This document shows positions 61,233-64,000 of a stretch of DNA of 64,000 nucleotides, one piece after another. Positions within the stretch are counted from its first letter, which is position 1. Each line of letters starts with the position of its first letter. Below the pieces are notes generated by a model. That model was not told where the DNA came from. It did no database searches and saw only the letters and a list, made by a program, of their open reading frames with translations. This DNA is from Microcoleus sp. Its GTDB lineage: Bacteria > Cyanobacteriota > Cyanobacteriia > Cyanobacteriales > Microcoleaceae. Location: positions 271,756-335,755 of the forward strand of contig JAYFMW010000008.1 of NCBI GenBank assembly GCA_042408215.1. Reading direction: 5' to 3'. Made by a program: the position numbers and the translations under genes.

Positions 61233-61327
61233 GATGTAATGACTTTTCCGAAGACACAGCAAGCGCGTTGTTTGTTGACAAATGCGCCGCATGGTGTAGA
61301 TGAGAAGCAGATGAAGGAATTACAGGT
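61233..61327 (+). repeat. Diverged 95-bp direct copy of the aspS 3' region (60959-61053)
   Basis: gatgtaat..cttttccgaagac.cagcaagcgcgttgtttgttg...gatgagaagcag.tgaagga.tt.caggt. Confidence 0.88.
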
Positions 61328-61427
61328 CTGGTCAGACTCAGCGATTTCACCTTTGTCCTATTATTCGATTCCAGATCTGGGTTATCATTTTAGTTAAGCG
61401 CCTCCATCTTGATTCATCTTCCCAGTT

Positions 61428-63623
61428 ATGTCACCCAAACCCTGTTACTGTATCAATCCTGCCTGTCAACAACCAGATCACCGCGATAATAACAATTCTA
61501 ACACTCTTTACTGTTTAAGTTGTGGATCACAATTGTTGTTAAAGGGTCAATTTCGGGTGAGTCGTTTGTTAAGTGATGATAGTGGTTTTGGCAATATTTA
61601 TGAGGTTTTTCAGGGCTTTTCCGCGAAGATTTTAAAGGTATTAAAGCCCGAATGGAATAATCAACCGAAGGCGATAGAATTATTTAAACGGGAATATGAG
61701 GTTTTAAAGGAATTAAGTCAACAAGGTGTCAGAGGGATTCCCCAAGCGGAAAGTTATTTTGAATATACCACCAAACCAGGGTTAAAATTATATTGTTTGG
61801 TGATGGAAAAGGTCGAGGGTGTTGATTTAATTCAATCGTTAAATAATAATGGTAAGGTGAATCAAACTCAGGCTTTAAAATGGTTACGAGAAATTGTTTT
61901 GATTTTAGATAAAATTCACCAGAAAAAATATTTCCATCGGGATATTAAACCGCCTAATATTATGATGCGAAATAATGGAGAATTGGTGTTAATTGATTTT
62001 GGCACAGCTAGGGAAGAAACGCAAACTTATTATCAAAAAGTACAGGGTGGACAAGTTACGGGGATTAGTTCCGTAGGTTATACACCCATTGAACAACAAC
62101 ATGGTCAAGCTGTGGCGCCGTCTGATTTTTTTGCGTTGGGGAGAACTTTTGTCCATTTATTGACAGGAAAACATCCTCTTGATATGTATGATCCCATGAG
62201 AGATGTTTTAAATTGGCGTGGATATACGAAAAATATTAACCCCTTACTATTAGATTTGATTGATGATTTAATGGCTAGATTAGCGGCTGATCGCCCTCAA
62301 AATACTCAGGTTATTTTACAACGATTAGAGCGTATTGAACAGAATTTAAAACAACCTCAAAATCCTGTACCTCATCCTGTACCGATTTCACCTCCTCAAT
62401 TCCCCAAAAAACAGATTAGAAACAGTTTGATTGTTGTCGGAAGTATTACTTTATTAGGTTTAGGAATTGTTTCTTTACGTCAACCTTCATCAGTTGTGAC
62501 AACCAATCAACCAACAGAAACACCAACCCCGATAAATACTCCTAGGTTAACACCAATTCCTAAAACAACACCGACTCCAATAGAAACACCGACTCCTGAA
62601 ACTATTGTGACAACCAATCAACCAACAGAAACACCAACCCCAATAAATACTCCTAGGTTAACACCAATTCCTGAAACAACACCTACTCCAATAGAAACAC
62701 CGACTCCTGAAACTATACCTATTCAACTCATTAAATATACAAAAATCTCCCTTGCTCAAACCTTCTCTGATCATTCTTATGCTGTTAAATCTGTAGTATT
62801 TAGTCCAGATGGTAAGGTTTTAGCCAGTGTGCGTTCTGACAGTACAATTAAATTGTGGGAGATGAAAACGGGAAGGGAAATCAACTCTCTCTCTGGTCAT
62901 CATAATTCGGCTGGATTTGCAGCATTTAGTCCAGATGGTAAGGTTTTAGCTAGTGGTGGAGACAGAAAAATCAAATTGTGGGAAGTCGCAACGGGAAGGG
63001 AAATCAACTCTCTCTCTGGTCATTCTAATTGGGTTAATTCTGTAGCATTTAGTCCAGATGGTCAGGTTTTAGCGAGTGGGGGTGATGGCGAAACCATCAA
63101 ATTGCGGGAGGTGAAAACGGGAAGGAAAATCAACTTTCTCTCTGGTCATTCTGGTTCTGTTTGGTCTGTAGCGTTTAGTCCAGATGGTAAGGTTTTAGCT
63201 AGTGGTGGAGACAGAAAAATCAAATTGTGGGAAGTCGCAACGGGAAGGGAAATCAACTCTCTCACTGGTCATTCTAATTGGGTTCGTTCTGTAGCATTTA
63301 GTCCAGATGGTCAAGTTTTAGCCAGTGGGAGTTGGGACGAAACCATCAAATTGTGGGAGGTCAAAACGGGAAGGTTAATCAACACTCTCTCTGGTCATTC
63401 TGGTTGGGTTGAGTCTGTAGCATTTAGTCCAGATGGTCAGGTTTTAGCTAGTGGGGGTGTTGACGATACCATCAAATTGTGGGAGGTGAAAACGGGAAGG
63501 GAAATCAACACTCTCTCTGGTCATTCTCATTCTGTTAATTCTGTAGCATTTAGTCCAGATGGTCAGGTTTTAGCCAGTGGGAGTAAGGACGGAACCATCA
63601 AATTGTGGAGGGTGGGAAATTAG
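61428..63623 (+). CDS. Ser/Thr protein kinase with 4-Cys prefix, TM helix, PT-rich linker and 7 WD40 repeats
   Basis: CINPAC..CLSC, HRDIKPPN, IDFG, TM segment, repeated SVAFSPDGQVLASG..D.TIKLWEV. Confidence 0.93.
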   Translation: MSPKPCYCINPACQQPDHRDNNNSNTLYCLSCGSQLLLKGQFRVSRLLSDDSGFGNIYEVFQGFSAKILKVLKPEWNNQPKAIELFKREYEVLKELSQQGVRGIPQAESYFEYTTKPGLKLYCLVMEKVEGVDLIQSLNNNGKVNQTQALKWLREIVLILDKIHQKKYFHRDIKPPNIMMRNNGELVLIDFGTAREETQTYYQKVQGGQVTGISSVGYTPIEQQHGQAVAPSDFFALGRTFVHLLTGKHPLDMYDPMRDVLNWRGYTKNINPLLLDLIDDLMARLAADRPQNTQVILQRLERIEQNLKQPQNPVPHPVPISPPQFPKKQIRNSLIVVGSITLLGLGIVSLRQPSSVVTTNQPTETPTPINTPRLTPIPKTTPTPIETPTPETIVTTNQPTETPTPINTPRLTPIPETTPTPIETPTPETIPIQLIKYTKISLAQTFSDHSYAVKSVVFSPDGKVLASVRSDSTIKLWEMKTGREINSLSGHHNSAGFAAFSPDGKVLASGGDRKIKLWEVATGREINSLSGHSNWVNSVAFSPDGQVLASGGDGETIKLREVKTGRKINFLSGHSGSVWSVAFSPDGKVLASGGDRKIKLWEVATGREINSLTGHSNWVRSVAFSPDGQVLASGSWDETIKLWEVKTGRLINTLSGHSGWVESVAFSPDGQVLASGGVDDTIKLWEVKTGREINTLSGHSHSVNSVAFSPDGQVLASGSKDGTIKLWRVGN

Positions 63624-63924
63624 TTTTTTTGATTCCAGAAACCGGGTTTATTACTAAGTTGATGGTTCCCCAAAATCGGGTGGAAAGAAACCCGGTTTCT
63701 GAGGCTAGGGTGGAGATAAAATAAACCGGGTTTCTTACTAAGTTGATGGTTTCCCAACGCGGCTGGTAAGTGGGGAGGGCGGGTTTATTTAACCTGTTAT
63801 CAACCCGAAAGGCTGTTGGCATCGCCCGCCCCTACAGATCCCACATGAATGGTGCAACATATAAGCTTCAACCTACAATATAAACTCCTATTCTCCATCT
63901 CTACTTAACTCTCTTTTCTCTCTT

Positions 63925-63970
63925 CCCTCTGCGTTCTCTGCGCCCTCTGCGGTTAATAAAAAAAAATCTC
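63925..63970. repeat. Solo half-copy related to the 1366-2805 array unit
   Basis: ctctgcgttctctgcgccctctgcggttaataaaaaaaaatctc resembles ctctgcgctctctgtggttaattaaaaaaaaatctc. Confidence 0.65.
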
Positions 63971-64000
63971 AGTGTCACAGCCAAACATCTGCGTTACCCT

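Noticed and set aside
1..64000. tRNA/rRNA genes, prophage or integrase
   Set aside because: No cloverleaf or rRNA signature was noticed by eye, and no phage structural or recombinase ORFs are in the track.

Overview
Chromosomal segment of a filamentous cyanobacterium, probably Oscillatoriales/Microcoleus-like. This is inferred from frequent HIP1 GCGATCGC octamers, heptameric STRR arrays and the psbV-psbV2-petJ, accD, dxs, ispD, ftsH, aspS and htpX genes. The core genes are interleaved with many accessory features. (1) The end of a sulfated-polysaccharide export locus whose sulfotransferase and deacetylase domains include degenerate active sites, plus a 10-unit higher-order palindromic tandem array. 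(2) A tandem duplication joined at HIP1 sites, giving two PEP-CTERM/cyanoexosortase cassettes with unrelated passenger domains. (3) Two tnpA-less IS200/IS605 tnpB elements and four TnpB-less mini-derivatives, one of which carries an RHH gene and disrupts psbV2. (4) A stand-alone tandem class III cyclase with a soluble-AC-like layout. (5) A chromosomal ParM-like actin plus ParR-like adaptor operon next to ftsH with no plasmid context, which is the best candidate for a repurposed cytoskeletal system. (6) A crcB-MFS-ABC-mgtE ion-homeostasis cluster. (7) Several pseudogenes and many REP/MITE-like elements. No rRNA, tRNA or CRISPR array was seen. All family assignments come from reading motifs by eye; no database searches were run.
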